In this document: one piece after another, positions 9,745 to 21,085 of the stretch | Layout of the letters: each line of letters opens with the position of its first letter | Numbering within the stretch: the stretch's first letter is position 1 | NCBI GenBank assembly: GCA_965206695.1 | Contig: CBDBKM010000013.1 | Span: 167,961 to 231,960, forward strand | Direction of reading: 5' to 3' | Source of the DNA: Chlamydiales bacterium | Lineage (GTDB): Bacteria; Chlamydiota; Chlamydiia; Chlamydiales; JAAZZY01 | Length of the DNA: 64,000 bases | The notes under the pieces: generated by a model | Databases searched by the model: none | What the model was told of the DNA's origin: nothing | The model's input: the letters and a program-made list of their open reading frames with translations, nothing else | Made by a program: the position numbers and the translations under genes

Positions 9745-11070
9745 TTAATTTAATAAAATCTCTGTCCTTTCTAAACAGATAATTTTGTCATTATTAATAA
9801 CATAAACCTTTTCCGGGTGTAGTTTTTCTGATAATTGTTTTAAATTATCATGTTGTAAAACAATAAAATCAACTTCTACTAAAGAAGCTAACAGTTCAAT
9901 AAATTCAGGATCGGTTTTAGTATCTTGAATATAAATAATCAACTTGTGATTGAGAAATTCAGAAGCTAGCTTTTTGATATTTTTGATAATTGATGACATC
10001 TGTTTAAAATCTGCTCGAATCCCTAAAAGGATAAAAGGTTGATTTTGCAATACGGCTTGCAACACTAAAAGGTATTCTTCTTCAAATACTTTATTATGAC
10101 AGTCGCTTTCTAATAATCTGTTAGCTAAATCAGCTAAGGAAACGCGCGCACAACCGAGGTGCTCAACAGCTATTCCCGCAGCAAAATTGGCTAATTTTGC
10201 TGCTTCATCAACACTTAAGCTGTTGGCTATAGCCATAGCAATAACAGCTAAAACGGTATCCCCTGCTCCTGTAACATCATTGACTTCTCTAACTTTAACA
10301 GGAAAATCTTGACGATTATTTTTTTTGTCAAATACTGTGATACCTTGATGAGAACGAGTAATTAAAAGTGAGGAAACTTGTGTCTGAGAAATAATTTTTT
10401 TAGCTACATTTTCTAACGGTTCATATTCTTCTAAGGTTGCCGCTTTATATGCTTCGCTTACATTAGGCTTAATGATCGTAGCCCCATTGTACTTAGAAAA
10501 ATCAGTCCCTTTAGGATCAACAATAACAGGAATCCTTTTGCTTTTAGCAATTTTAAATATAGCAGATAAAAAAGAAGGGGTTAAAAATCCTTTTCCATAA
10601 TCAGAGATGGCTATGACTTGTATCGACTCCAATAATAGAGGTAAATTTTCTATCAATCGCTGCTCTAATGTCTCTGATAAGGGAGCAATTTTTTCAAAAT
10701 CAATTCTGACTATGTGTTGATTTTCAGCAATTATACGGTTTTTAACCGGAGTCTCAAATCCTCTTTGTTTATAAAAGCCTCTTAAATCGATATTCTCTTT
10801 TGATAAAGCTGATTTCAACTCTTTACCCGCATCATCCCAACCAAGTCGACCAATAATTCGTATATAAGCTCCTAATGAGGCCAGATTCAAAACGACATTT
10901 CCGGCCCCCCCGGGTAATACATGTTGTTTGACAACATTAAGAACTGCAACCGGCGCTTCCGGTGAAATGCGCTTAACTCTACCTTCGGTATAAGTATCCA
11001 ACATAAAATCACCGATAACCATGATTCTAGAATTAGAAAATTTACTGAAAACTTGTCCTAAGGCATTCAT
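9745..11070 (-). CDS. hldE: D-glycero-beta-D-manno-heptose-7-phosphate kinase (RfaE/HldE) with a degenerate C-terminal domain
   Basis: GDFMLD, RISPEAPV, GGAGNV, SDYGKG, DVTGAGDT motifs. Confidence 0.9.
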   Translation of the reverse strand: MNALGQVFSKFSNSRIMVIGDFMLDTYTEGRVKRISPEAPVAVLNVVKQHVLPGGAGNVVLNLASLGAYIRIIGRLGWDDAGKELKSALSKENIDLRGFYKQRGFETPVKNRIIAENQHIVRIDFEKIAPLSETLEQRLIENLPLLLESIQVIAISDYGKGFLTPSFLSAIFKIAKSKRIPVIVDPKGTDFSKYNGATIIKPNVSEAYKAATLEEYEPLENVAKKIISQTQVSSLLITRSHQGITVFDKKNNRQDFPVKVREVNDVTGAGDTVLAVIAMAIANSLSVDEAAKLANFAAGIAVEHLGCARVSLADLANRLLESDCHNKVFEEEYLLVLQAVLQNQPFILLGIRADFKQMSSIIKNIKKLASEFLNHKLIIYIQDTKTDPEFIELLASLVEVDFIVLQHDNLKQLSEKLHPEKVYVINNDKIICLERTEILLN

Positions 11071-11083
11071 TTATACGGTCTCT

Positions 11084-12073
11084 CTAATAGCTCCGGTTGG
11101 TTAGAAGGTAATTGCTAACATAATCTTTTACAGCATCGGTTAAAGACGTTACATGAAAATTTGTTAAACAATTTTTCAATTTCTCTACATCTGCACAGGT
11201 ATAATTTTGATAATTACCCGATAGATCTTGTGGCATATTGATGTATGAAATATTCGTAGGTTTTTTAATCGCATTAAACATTGCAGTTGCTACTTGATTC
11301 CATGTTTGAGGCTTTCCTGTACCAACATTATAAATTCCGGATGCATCATTATTTAAAAACTCATAAACAATTTTTGCTATGTCCAATACATAGATAAAAT
11401 CACGACACTGCTCTCCATCTCTATAAACCGGAGGTTCATTGGACTTAAACAGCTTAACGCATCCATCATTTAAAGCTTGAGGCAACAGGTTATAAACCAC
11501 TGAAGCCATTCGTTTTTTATGTGATTCATTTGGCCCGAAAACATTAAAAAATTTTAATCCGACGATTTTGTTTAAAACGCCTTGTCCTTTAGCCCATAAA
11601 TCAAAAAGATGCTTAGAAAATCCATAAGGATTTAAAGGCCTTAAATCTTCTAGTTGATCATGATTATCTACAAAGCCCTGTTGACCGTCACCATACGTTG
11701 CGGCTGAAGAAGCATAAATAAAACGATGATTATGCTTTAAAGCATATTCAGCTAAATGCACCGTATAACGATAATTATTTTGCATCAAAAAATTAACATC
11801 GAACTCCAAAGTGCTAGAGCAAGCTCCCATATGAATAATGGCTTGGATATCGTTATTTCGCCCGGGAGTATTTAACCAGGGTAATAATTCATCTTTTTGG
11901 AGGTAATCGACAAATTGTTTTCCAACTAAATTCTTCCATTCGTCACCGCGCTCTAGGTGATCTACCACAATGATATTAGACAAGCCACGATCATTTACGT
12001 ATTTTAATATACAAGAACCTATAAAACCGGCGCCACCGGTTAATATGATTAGTTTTTCATTTAATTGTTTCAT
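11084..12073 (-). CDS. hldD: ADP-L-glycero-D-manno-heptose 6-epimerase
   Basis: TGGAGFIGS, HMGACSST, YASSAATYG, PLNPYGFSK, FNVFGPNE. Confidence 0.95.
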   Translation of the reverse strand: MKQLNEKLIILTGGAGFIGSCILKYVNDRGLSNIIVVDHLERGDEWKNLVGKQFVDYLQKDELLPWLNTPGRNNDIQAIIHMGACSSTLEFDVNFLMQNNYRYTVHLAEYALKHNHRFIYASSAATYGDGQQGFVDNHDQLEDLRPLNPYGFSKHLFDLWAKGQGVLNKIVGLKFFNVFGPNESHKKRMASVVYNLLPQALNDGCVKLFKSNEPPVYRDGEQCRDFIYVLDIAKIVYEFLNNDASGIYNVGTGKPQTWNQVATAMFNAIKKPTNISYINMPQDLSGNYQNYTCADVEKLKNCLTNFHVTSLTDAVKDYVSNYLLTNRSY

Positions 12074-12917
12074 AAAGACTTGTGTGCTCGGGTTGAAACC
12101 ATGTATGTTTTAATCGATTCAATGGCGTTACTCTAAAGATTTTATGATCAGGTATTGTAGGAAAGAGAGCATCGCCAATACAAATAAAAGCAGTTCCACT
12201 TCCTGTCATAACAACATGCTCAAAACCGGCTTCTAGAAGCTTATTTCTTAACTCAATTAGACCGGGCATTATTTTAAAAGCAGGTTTTTCAAGATCGTTG
12301 ATATATTCAGGAGTCTTATTTAAAAAAACCTTTAAAAGATCTATTGGAGAGCGCGAGGATGTGTTTTTCAAATCAAGTTCCGAATAAATCAATTTAGTAG
12401 ATAAACCTTCTTGTGGTTTAACCAACCAAAAACTCTTTCTTTCAGGAAGAGTGACTTCTAAAAGCTTTTCTCCTTTACCCGTGCAAAAGGCTGTACCATG
12501 AGATAAGAAAAAGGTTATATCTGATCCAATAGAAGCTGTCCATAGCTTCAAATCCTCTAAAGAAGCAGGCGAACCAAAGAGGTCGTTTAAGCCCCAGAGG
12601 ATGGTTGCCGCATTACTGCTTCCTCCACCGAGCCCCGCTCCTATGGGGATTTTTTTATCCAGCTTAATGCTAACCGGGTCTAAAAGCTTTGTTTTTTTTC
12701 TAAACAAGAAGAGAGCTTGAATAATCAAATTTGAGTTATCTAATCCAAGAGTTGAATCACTACATTGAAATTCGTCTTTAGGACTTAAAAAAAGCTCAAT
12801 ATCATCTCCTAAATCTATCGCCTGAAAAAGAGAAGCCAATTCATGATATCCATCTTTTCTTAAGTCTGATATTCGTAAAAAAAAGTTCACTTTGGCAGGA
12901 GAAAATAATTTTAACAT
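12057..12917 (-). CDS. ispE: 4-diphosphocytidyl-2-C-methyl-D-erythritol kinase
   Basis: SPAKVN, GYHEL, PIGAGLGGGSSNAA, MTGSG; start moved to MLKLFSPAK. Confidence 0.95.
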   Translation of the reverse strand: MLKLFSPAKVNFFLRISDLRKDGYHELASLFQAIDLGDDIELFLSPKDEFQCSDSTLGLDNSNLIIQALFLFRKKTKLLDPVSIKLDKKIPIGAGLGGGSSNAATILWGLNDLFGSPASLEDLKLWTASIGSDITFFLSHGTAFCTGKGEKLLEVTLPERKSFWLVKPQEGLSTKLIYSELDLKNTSSRSPIDLLKVFLNKTPEYINDLEKPAFKIMPGLIELRNKLLEAGFEHVVMTGSGTAFICIGDALFPTIPDHKIFRVTPLNRLKHTWFQPEHTSLYETIK

Positions 12918-12954
12918 CGATAGCTCTTTATCTGCCGATTTAATTTTAAAAGTT

Positions 12955-13506
12955 TTATTCTTCTTTTTCTTGCTCTTCAGCAACTTGCTGTTCTGTCGCT
13001 TCTAACTCTTTTGCTTCTTCAAGTGTTGCAGCTTTTTGCTCAGAAACTTTAACTCCAACCTCAGAGTTAACATGAAGGAAAAAAGATGCCTCAACTTCTT
13101 CTTTGAGTTTCAGATTTATCTTGTATTCGCCGGTAGTTTTTATAGGATGAGGCAATTGTACTGATTTGCGTGAACAAAAGAGATTTTTCTCTGCCAGAAG
13201 CTTTACAATTTCTGTAGATGTAACAGACCCATACATGTGACCGTCAGGATCGACTTTAACTTCAATTGCAAGCACTATATCTTGTACTTTTTCAGCAAAA
13301 GCTTCAGATTCATCTTTGTCAATTACAGCTTGCTTGGATCTCTCTTCTTGCAAGCGCAATTGCATTTTTATAATGCCTTTATTAGCTAAAAGAGCTTTAC
13401 TTTGCGGGAGTAGATAATTACGAGCATAGCCCGGTTTTACTGTTACAATATCACCTTTTTGGCCCACATTTTCCACATCTTCTAATAATAACAATTTATT
13501 TGTCAT
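12955..13506 (-). CDS. rplI: 50S ribosomal protein L9
   Basis: VKPGYARNYLLP, MYGSVT. Confidence 0.97.
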   Translation of the reverse strand: MTNKLLLLEDVENVGQKGDIVTVKPGYARNYLLPQSKALLANKGIIKMQLRLQEERSKQAVIDKDESEAFAEKVQDIVLAIEVKVDPDGHMYGSVTSTEIVKLLAEKNLFCSRKSVQLPHPIKTTGEYKINLKLKEEVEASFFLHVNSEVGVKVSEQKAATLEEAKELEATEQQVAEEQEKEE

Positions 13507-13577
13507 GTTAACTCCCAATCACTTAAGGATTACCTTAGTGCCTTAATTCTTTTTATTTCGGATTTTGCTTCTATTGA

Positions 13578-13820
13578 TTAATCTTTAGCTGCAAAAGGTA
13601 ATAGAGCCATATGCCGAGCTCTTTTTATCGCTTCAGCAAGTTGCTTTTGGTGATATGCCGATACGCCGGTAATTCGACGAGGTAAAATTTTCCCTCTTTC
13701 TGTAACGAATCTTGAAAGGGTATCTATATCTTTATAATCTATTTCTTTAACTCCGGCGGCTTTAAAGGGACAAGATTTTTTCTTTCTTCTAGAACGTCTG
13801 AATTTTGTAGTAGTTGTCAT
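13578..13820 (-). CDS. rpsR: 30S ribosomal protein S18
   Basis: [21 protein letters not shown]. Confidence 0.98.
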   Translation of the reverse strand: MTTTTKFRRSRRKKKSCPFKAAGVKEIDYKDIDTLSRFVTERGKILPRRITGVSAYHQKQLAEAIKRARHMALLPFAAKD

Positions 13821-13825
13821 ACAAA

Positions 13826-14170
13826 CTATTCCTCTAATTGTTTAAAAGTAATTTCTTCTAAGACTCTTTCACAACATATGGTCATAAAACGGATCAAATC
13901 TTCATGTAAATGATATTCTTTCCACATTTCAGCTATAGCTGAAGGCCTTACGGCAAAGTATATAAGATAATAAAATCCATCTCTTCTACCATCAATTTCA
14001 TAAGCAAGTTTTTTTCTTCCTTGATCATGAGTCTTTTTAATCTCTCCGCCTCTGGAGGTTACCCCTTCTAAAATCTTCTCTAAAGCCTTTTCTCGGGCAT
14101 CTTCACTCAAGGTTGTATTGATAATATACATCCCCTCATAGAGATTCATTGTTTCTTCTTTTGTACTCAT
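13826..14170 (-). CDS. rpsF: 30S ribosomal protein S6
   Basis: [15 protein letters not shown]; operon position. Confidence 0.95.
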   Translation of the reverse strand: MSTKEETMNLYEGMYIINTTLSEDAREKALEKILEGVTSRGGEIKKTHDQGRKKLAYEIDGRRDGFYYLIYFAVRPSAIAEMWKEYHLHEDLIRFMTICCERVLEEITFKQLEE

Positions 14171-14189
14171 GCGTCCTCTTTTTCTTTCA

Positions 14190-14783
14190 TTATACTTGTT
14201 GCCTAACATTAGCATAATTCATGGCAACTTCTATTTCATTTTCTAACCACAAATTGATGATACGGATTCCCTTCTCTAGAAGAACTCCCATTTCTATCAT
14301 CTCTTGTTTTGAAAACTTGCTCAAAACATGGTCTGCTAATGAGCCAAATTGTCTATCTCCAACTCCGATACGCAGTCGGGCATACTCTTGTGTTTTTAAA
14401 TGTTTTTCTATATTTTTTAATCCTTGATGACCTCCGGAACTACCTTTAGGCTTAATTCGCATCTCCCCAAAAGAAATGTCGATATCATCCGCGATAATCA
14501 ATATATCTTCAGGATTAATTTTATAGAAATCCATACACGATCTCACTGCTGCCCCGCTACAATTCATGTAAGTTATTGGAATTAACAAATACAAAGAAAA
14601 ACCTAAATATCGAGCTTTAATAAAATATCCGGATAACCGTTTCTCTTTTTTTAATGTAAAATTATTTTGTTTAGCAAATGCTTCTACAAGTATTTGCCCC
14701 ATATTATGCCTGGTTGTAGCATAATCAAGACCGGGATTCCCAAGTCCAACAATTAATCGATTTTTATCGTTCACCATATTCAC
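14190..14783 (-). CDS. pth: Peptidyl-tRNA hydrolase
   Basis: GLGNPG, TRHNMG, YMNCSG, GGHQG, RLRIGVG. Confidence 0.97.
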   Translation of the reverse strand: MNMVNDKNRLIVGLGNPGLDYATTRHNMGQILVEAFAKQNNFTLKKEKRLSGYFIKARYLGFSLYLLIPITYMNCSGAAVRSCMDFYKINPEDILIIADDIDISFGEMRIKPKGSSGGHQGLKNIEKHLKTQEYARLRIGVGDRQFGSLADHVLSKFSKQEMIEMGVLLEKGIRIINLWLENEIEVAMNYANVRQQV

Positions 14784-14811
14784 GCTACACTACGCCCGGC
14801 TAATTAAAGCT

Positions 14812-15372
14812 TTATCGTTTTGCAATAACAACCACAACCTCATTGAGATCCTCTAAAGATCGGACCCCTTCAGGAAGATTGATAGCTGATAATCTTTTAG
14901 ATTGAAGCATTCCCAGCTCTCTAATATCTATTATAAACTGCGTTGGAATATATTTAGGTAAGCAACGAATCTTTAAATGTCGAATTACCTGACGTACCAC
15001 TCCACCAATTTTAACACCGACGCATTCAGCTTGCCCTACAAAGTCAATAGGAACCTTAACATTCACGGGTCTATCGTCTGTTAACTCTTCAAAATCCAAA
15101 TGAATAATATCATATGTGGTGATGTTGTATTGAATATCCTTTACAATAACTTTCGTCTCATTTTTTTTTTCATCTTCTAAAGAAAACCTTGTAACCGGAA
15201 GGTGTCCTTTAGGCATTTTTCTGAGATGAGCCTGAAACTGAGCCTGATCAACTCCAATAGGGATCCCCGGCTTTCCGTAAGAATACACGATCGCAGGAAT
15301 GTGTCCCGAATTTCGTAGAATTCTTACCTCACTTTTTTTATTTACTAATCTTTTTTTCGTCGTAAGTTTCAT
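14812..15372 (-). CDS. rplY: 50S ribosomal protein L25 / Ctc
   Basis: IPAIVY, IIHLDF, GVKIGG. Confidence 0.95.
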   Translation of the reverse strand: MKLTTKKRLVNKKSEVRILRNSGHIPAIVYSYGKPGIPIGVDQAQFQAHLRKMPKGHLPVTRFSLEDEKKNETKVIVKDIQYNITTYDIIHLDFEELTDDRPVNVKVPIDFVGQAECVGVKIGGVVRQVIRHLKIRCLPKYIPTQFIIDIRELGMLQSKRLSAINLPEGVRSLEDLNEVVVVIAKR

Positions 15373-15411
15373 AAAATTCCTCTTGCATATATGACAGGGT
15401 GACTTAATTTC

Positions 15412-16356
15412 TTATTCAAATAGAGAAGATATCGATTTTGCCGATGCTATACGTTTAATGGCTTCACCAAATAATCCGGCAACAGAGACGGTGTGTATCC
15501 CATAATCTTCATAAGTATTTTGTGGCGCTATCGTATTGCTTACTAGCAATTTTTCAATAGCACTGGCTTTAATTTTTTCTAAAGCCATACCTGCAAAAAG
15601 ACCATGAGTAATCATAGCATAAATTTTTAAAGCACCGGCAGTCTTACAAGTATTAGCTGCAGCCACTAAAGTACCTCCTGTCGAACACATATCATCGACT
15701 AATAAGACTTCTTTATTCTTAACATCTCCAATAATAGGCGAATGCTCCACCTCGTGTGTATTCAATCGCCTTTTATCGATAATCGTTAAATCAACTTTTA
15801 GATGGTCAGCAACAGCCTTAGCAAGCTTAATACTGCCTAAATCCGGTGATACGACTACTCCATTTTTCAAGCCTAATTTATCTACCGCCGAAATTAATTC
15901 AGGCCTGGCAAAAATATTATCTACAGGTACATCAAAAAAACCTTGAATTTGATCTGCATGGAGATCCATTGTTAAGATTTTATGTGCTCCGGCTGTTTCC
16001 AGTAGATCTGCAACCAGTCTTGCAGTAATAGGCACTCTACCTTTGTCTTTACGATCTTGTCTTGAATAAGCGAAGTAAGGTAGAACGGCGACAATAGTAC
16101 CGGCTGATGCACGTTTAAGTGCATCAATCATAATTAAAAGCTCCATTAAATAATGGTTCGGTCTATGCGCTATAGATTGGATGACAAAAACGGTTTTGCC
16201 TCGAACATTTTCCAAAACTTGCATTAATATTTCGCCATCCGGAAATGTATCGATTTTAACCTTTCCCAGCGCAACACCAATATAATCTCCTATTTCCTTC
16301 GCTAATTCCGGATAAGATGTCCCGGAAATTAATATAGTATCGGGTTGGTTTTGCAT
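15412..16356 (-). CDS. prs: Ribose-phosphate pyrophosphokinase
   Basis: FPDGE, YSRQDRK, DLHADQIQGFF, VDDMCSTGGT. Confidence 0.97.
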   Translation of the reverse strand: MQNQPDTILISGTSYPELAKEIGDYIGVALGKVKIDTFPDGEILMQVLENVRGKTVFVIQSIAHRPNHYLMELLIMIDALKRASAGTIVAVLPYFAYSRQDRKDKGRVPITARLVADLLETAGAHKILTMDLHADQIQGFFDVPVDNIFARPELISAVDKLGLKNGVVVSPDLGSIKLAKAVADHLKVDLTIIDKRRLNTHEVEHSPIIGDVKNKEVLLVDDMCSTGGTLVAAANTCKTAGALKIYAMITHGLFAGMALEKIKASAIEKLLVSNTIAPQNTYEDYGIHTVSVAGLFGEAIKRIASAKSISSLFE

Positions 16357-16396
16357 GGATAAAGCTGGTTTTACTTCCTTTTATATAATTAACACG

Positions 16397-16468
16397 TTGG
16401 GGTGGCAGGATTCGAACCTGCGGTACACGATACCAAAAACCGTTGCCTTACCACTTGGCTACACCCCA
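16397..16468 (-). tRNA. tRNA-Gln (TTG)
   Basis: TGGGGTGTAGCCAAGTGGTAAGGC...TTTTGGT...GGTTCGAATCC cloverleaf. Confidence 0.95.
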
Positions 16469-16651
16469 TCTCAAATCATTTAAGCGCAAGATGATACCTA
16501 ATAAGAACAATTTAATACAAGAATCTCCTTACAATTTTTTGATTAATCGTTAATTTTCAATGAAATTACTTGATTAAATTTTCATCTTGTCAAAGAAAAT
16601 TTTCTTTTTTATACTAACGACAGAGAGCGAAAAAGCTAAAACTGTAACCTC

Positions 16652-18199
16652 ATGAAAATCATTCATATAGCTTCTGAGTTTAGTCCTATAGCGAAAATTG
16701 GAGGACTTGCGGACGTCTTATTGGGACTGTGCCGTGAGCTTCAAGCAACGGGACACGTAATAGAAGTGATTATTCCAAAATACAAGCCTTTGAACCTAAA
16801 TGAAATAGACAATTTAAAAGTGATTCATCAAGATATGCTTTCCTATTCAAATAAAGGCCGGAAAAATAATACGATTTGGAGTGGAAAATGTGCCGGAATA
16901 AATCTTTATTTCATTCAAGATCATCACCCCAATCAATTTTTTGATAGAGATGAAATCTATGGATATAAAGATGATATTAGCCGTTTTCTCTATTTTACAA
17001 GAGCTAGTATGGATTTTATTTTTAAAACGCAAAGGAACCCTGATATTATCCACCTTCACGAATGGCACACCGCTATTGCAGCTCCCCTTTACCATGAAAT
17101 ATTTAAGAGTCAATGTTCTACGCCTATACGTATTATTTTTACTATGCACAACTTAGAGTATCAAGGACGATGCTGCCCTAAAGAAGTGACTAATATTGGA
17201 CTTGTTGGAAAAAAATTCCTAACTGCAGATCTCATGCAAGATCCTAAGTGTCATAGTATGCTAAACTTATTAAAAGGCGGCATTGTTTTCTCAGATTACT
17301 TTACTACCGTATCCCCTAGATATGCTGAAGAAATTAAAACTAAAGAATATGGGGCTAAATTAGATGTAACAATAAGAACGCATTCCGATCGATTCAAAGG
17401 AATTTTAAATGGGATCGACTATACATTTTGGAACCCTAAAATTGATCCGGCTTTAACTAGTCATTATGGCTTAAATGATAAAGGCAGCTCAATTGAATAT
17501 TTTGATCATAAAAAACTCAACAAAGATTTTATACGAAAGACCTTTAAAATGCCTTTAGTAGGTATGCCATTAGTTATTTGCATATCCCGTCTTGTACCAC
17601 AAAAAGGAATAAAATTAATTAAACATACCATTCAACATGTTTTAAAACATGAGGGTCAAATGATCCTTTTTGGCTCTAGCCCTATTCCTCGTATTCAAAA
17701 TGAATTCCAAGAGTTAGCCGAAGACTTAAAAGACAATTCAAATATCGTTTTCATTTTTGAGTCTCAAAATGAAAAACTTGCACATCAACTTTATGCTGCC
17801 GGAGATATGTTAATAGTGCCTTCTCTTTATGAACCTTGTGGATTAACACAGATTATTGCCCTTCAATATGGAACGGTTCCCATTGTGCGTCGAACCGGAG
17901 GATTAGCTGATACGATCATAGATGTTGACGAGGAGGCTTCCGGAGAAAATCCCGGTAATGGATTTTCTTTTGACTTACCAATTAAAAAAGCCATTAGCCA
18001 AACAATAAATCGGGCATTTAAATGTTGGAAGGAAAACCCTAAAGAATGGAAACAACTCATGTTACGAGGTATGAAAGAAGACTTTAGCTGGAAACAATCG
18101 GCACAAGAATATTTAAAAATATATACTAAACCCCTAATTTTCAACACAAACCTTAAGTCTAAAAAATCTTTAAATCAAAGCATTCATCATTCTTTTTAG
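16652..18199 (+). CDS. glgA: Glycogen synthase
   Basis: KIGGLADV, HNLEYQG, SRLVPQKG, PSLYEPCGLTQ, TGGLADT. Confidence 0.97.
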   Translation: MKIIHIASEFSPIAKIGGLADVLLGLCRELQATGHVIEVIIPKYKPLNLNEIDNLKVIHQDMLSYSNKGRKNNTIWSGKCAGINLYFIQDHHPNQFFDRDEIYGYKDDISRFLYFTRASMDFIFKTQRNPDIIHLHEWHTAIAAPLYHEIFKSQCSTPIRIIFTMHNLEYQGRCCPKEVTNIGLVGKKFLTADLMQDPKCHSMLNLLKGGIVFSDYFTTVSPRYAEEIKTKEYGAKLDVTIRTHSDRFKGILNGIDYTFWNPKIDPALTSHYGLNDKGSSIEYFDHKKLNKDFIRKTFKMPLVGMPLVICISRLVPQKGIKLIKHTIQHVLKHEGQMILFGSSPIPRIQNEFQELAEDLKDNSNIVFIFESQNEKLAHQLYAAGDMLIVPSLYEPCGLTQIIALQYGTVPIVRRTGGLADTIIDVDEEASGENPGNGFSFDLPIKKAISQTINRAFKCWKENPKEWKQLMLRGMKEDFSWKQSAQEYLKIYTKPLIFNTNLKSKKSLNQSIHHSF

Positions 18200-18231
18200 A
18201 AGAATCACTTAAGCCTTATTTATTTAACAAA

Positions 18232-18822
18232 TTAAGAGGGAGTTAATAGAGACTTAATATATTTTCGATTAGCGTAGATGTAATCTACACTAGAATACAA
18301 GGTATATATCGCAGCACAACTTACAATATAGATGCTGATCATACGAAAATCTTTATTGGATAAATAACCTAACGTTCTTGGAATCATTAGAAATAGCACA
18401 AGAAAAGAAGCTATCGCTTGAATGATAGCTTTGATCTTTCCACTCGGTCTCGCAGCCAGAGCAAACCCTTTTAAAGCACACACGGTTCTTAAAGTGCTGA
18501 TAATCGAGTCTCGATAAATAAAGACAAAGACTAATAAAAGCGGGATACGTACTATCCCTTGCGTAAAGGTTAAAAAAACCGAAATACGAGCAATGCTATC
18601 AGCCATAGGATCCATAATCTTTCCTAAATCCGATACCTGATTAAACTTTCTGGCAAAAAAACCGTCGAAGGCATCAGTTAGTTCAGAAATTCCTAATAGT
18701 ATAATGAGAGCATAAGGTAACCATACAAGACTAATGCCAAAGCTGGGATACCATAGGTATATAACAAGAAAAATAGGACTGATGATAATCCTCAATAAAG
18801 TCAAAAAGTTTGCAATATTCAA
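18232..18822 (-). CDS. pgsA: CDP-diacylglycerol--glycerol-3-phosphate 3-phosphatidyltransferase
   Basis: ANFLTLLR, TDAFDGFFAR, GKIMDPMAD. Confidence 0.93.
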   Translation of the reverse strand: MNIANFLTLLRIIISPIFLVIYLWYPSFGISLVWLPYALIILLGISELTDAFDGFFARKFNQVSDLGKIMDPMADSIARISVFLTFTQGIVRIPLLLVFVFIYRDSIISTLRTVCALKGFALAARPSGKIKAIIQAIASFLVLFLMIPRTLGYLSNKDFRMISIYIVSCAAIYTLYSSVDYIYANRKYIKSLLTPS

Positions 18823-18922
18823 AAAAAACTCAAGGGGTTATAAATTGTTTAAAAATAGCTTTTAACAAATTAATTAAATAATGATCAAGACCTCTTAAAA
18901 ACTCAACCGCTACCGCAGCAAA

Positions 18923-19849
18923 ATGAAACTAACCGATAAAACTACGACCCTTTACCTGATAATCATAGCCGGCTTTGTGTTTGCTTCGATGGCGCTTCTG
19001 ATAAAATCGCTCTCGGACTCTCTTCCTACGGAAATGATTGTTTTTTCCCGGTTTTGTTTTATCTCACTATTATTGTTACCCTTCATAAAAAAAACAACCT
19101 TTCGTCCAACAACTCTTTCCATTACAGCTACACATTTTATAACCGGCATCGCTAATTTATGCGCTATCTACTGTTTTTTTTATAGCATCAATCAATTGCC
19201 TTTATTTAATGCTGTTTCCTTATTTTTTTCTGCCCCATTATTTGTCGTTTTTGTAACACGAATCTGGATAGGAAAACGTATAGCTCACAAAGTATACTTA
19301 CCTGTCATTATCGGATTCATTGGCCTTATAATCACTTTAACTTCTAATAACTTTCGTTTTGGCATGGTCGCCGTAGTTGCCATAACAGGAGGTGTCTTGC
19401 AATCTATTGCCCGGATAGGGTTGCAACGCCTTCAATTTTCAGAATCTTTTTTAAAAATCTTTCTCTATTCTTGGATAATCCCAACTCTTATTTCTGCTCT
19501 CCCTTTATCTTATGCTTGGAAATCACTTTCTTTTGTTCATCTTTTAATCCTTTTTTTAAGCATTGTTTTCAGTATTCTCTATCAACTCATACTTAAAAAA
19601 GCAGTTAAAGCACCTTCCTTTAAAACGTATGCTTCTTATTTTTATACAGCTATATTTTTTGTCGCTTTATTAGATTTAATCTTTTTTCGGCAACTACCCA
19701 CCCTTTCTTCATTTGGCTCAGCTATTGTCATCATTTGTGGTATCATTTTACTTATTCGAGATGAGCCTAAACTTTTCACTCTTTTTATAGACCTTTCTTA
19801 TTCTACGAAACGAAAGAAAACCGGTAAAATTAATAAACAATTATCTTAA
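18923..19849 (+). CDS. DMT/EamA-family transporter
   Basis: About 10 TM helices, IVFSRF and APLFV patterns. Confidence 0.8.
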   Translation: MKLTDKTTTLYLIIIAGFVFASMALLIKSLSDSLPTEMIVFSRFCFISLLLLPFIKKTTFRPTTLSITATHFITGIANLCAIYCFFYSINQLPLFNAVSLFFSAPLFVVFVTRIWIGKRIAHKVYLPVIIGFIGLIITLTSNNFRFGMVAVVAITGGVLQSIARIGLQRLQFSESFLKIFLYSWIIPTLISALPLSYAWKSLSFVHLLILFLSIVFSILYQLILKKAVKAPSFKTYASYFYTAIFFVALLDLIFFRQLPTLSSFGSAIVIICGIILLIRDEPKLFTLFIDLSYSTKRKKTGKINKQLS

Positions 19850-19990
19850 ATCTTTTATAAAACTTGTATTTATCCTACAATATTTCATTAAATTTATTAG
19901 ATTGATGATTAACATTTAAATAACATTTAATTTGGCCGTTACCATCAAAATCCATATATTCAAAATATAAAAATCGCGTGAGGTTTACTA

Positions 19991-21085
19991 TACCCCTTAT
20001 GAATCAAAGTGCCGATTCTAAGACTTGAAAATGATCATTGATTCGTGTCCTCATTGATTGAGCAATAGAGGGCCAAGTATTTTCAAAAAATCCGGTAATC
20101 GATCTCCGAAATTCTTTAGCAGAATTAAAAAACCGATTATTGCGACAATATTCATTCATCACTTTCCATAATCGTTCAATAGGATTGAGGTTAGGACTGT
20201 AAGAAGGTAAATAATAGAGAATAATACCTTGTTTTTCTGCTTCTTGTTTGGTCTGAATACTTGTATTATAAGGACCTTGATCTAAAATAAGATGGATATT
20301 TGGAGCTGAGGGATATTTTGACCGTAATAAAGCAAAATGTTTTGCCATGGTACCGCTATTTAATGTTTCATAAGCATCTATTGTTACCTTCATACTGTTT
20401 AAATTGATAGACCCCATAAGATTCATTCGAGTTCTAGAAGCTGTTGTTGCGATTAATTTACTCTGTTCCCGGTCGAATCCAACCATAAGAAATTTTAGTT
20501 GCCATAGTTGGATGCACACCATCAGCAAATTCAACAGGCTCATTTTTAGGCAGAGATGCCATAAGCTTGGTGTAAAATTGCATCCAAGCTTTTTGTTGAT
20601 CAGAATTTGCCTTAGCCGGTGTACCTTTAGGCTTTTTATAGGAAAAACCATGTGAGTGTAGCCAAGAAGTCATCCCTGAAATCGTATAAACAATGCCATA
20701 TTTCGCGAGAACATAAGAACAGATATCTTCTACTTTGACATAGGTATGAGTTGTTAAATGTTTAATGAATTCTTCTGACTGTGGCGCAAGAAGTTTACTG
20801 ACTGAACCACCGCTTTCTACATGCAATTGCTGTTTATTTTGATATTCTTTAATGTGACGAGACACTGTTTCATCGTCTAAAAGCACAGCTTCAGCAATAC
20901 GAGTATTACTCCAACCTTTATTCGACAATAGAACAGCCTTGATACGATCTCGTATACGACCATTCTTTTCTCGTTTATGTTGCTGTCTGAGATGCTTTTC
21001 TTCTGATAGTGTTAAAAATGAATTCATACAAAATAATTTACACTATACGAATACAAAATATCCGGAGGTTTATTCGTGATGAGTA
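19991..21085 (-). mobile_element. IS630-family element type B, frameshifted copy (extra base near 20461)
   Basis: Near-identical to 30085-31178; TA duplication; ends TACTCATCACGAAT and ATTCATAAGGGGTA. Confidence 0.93.
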
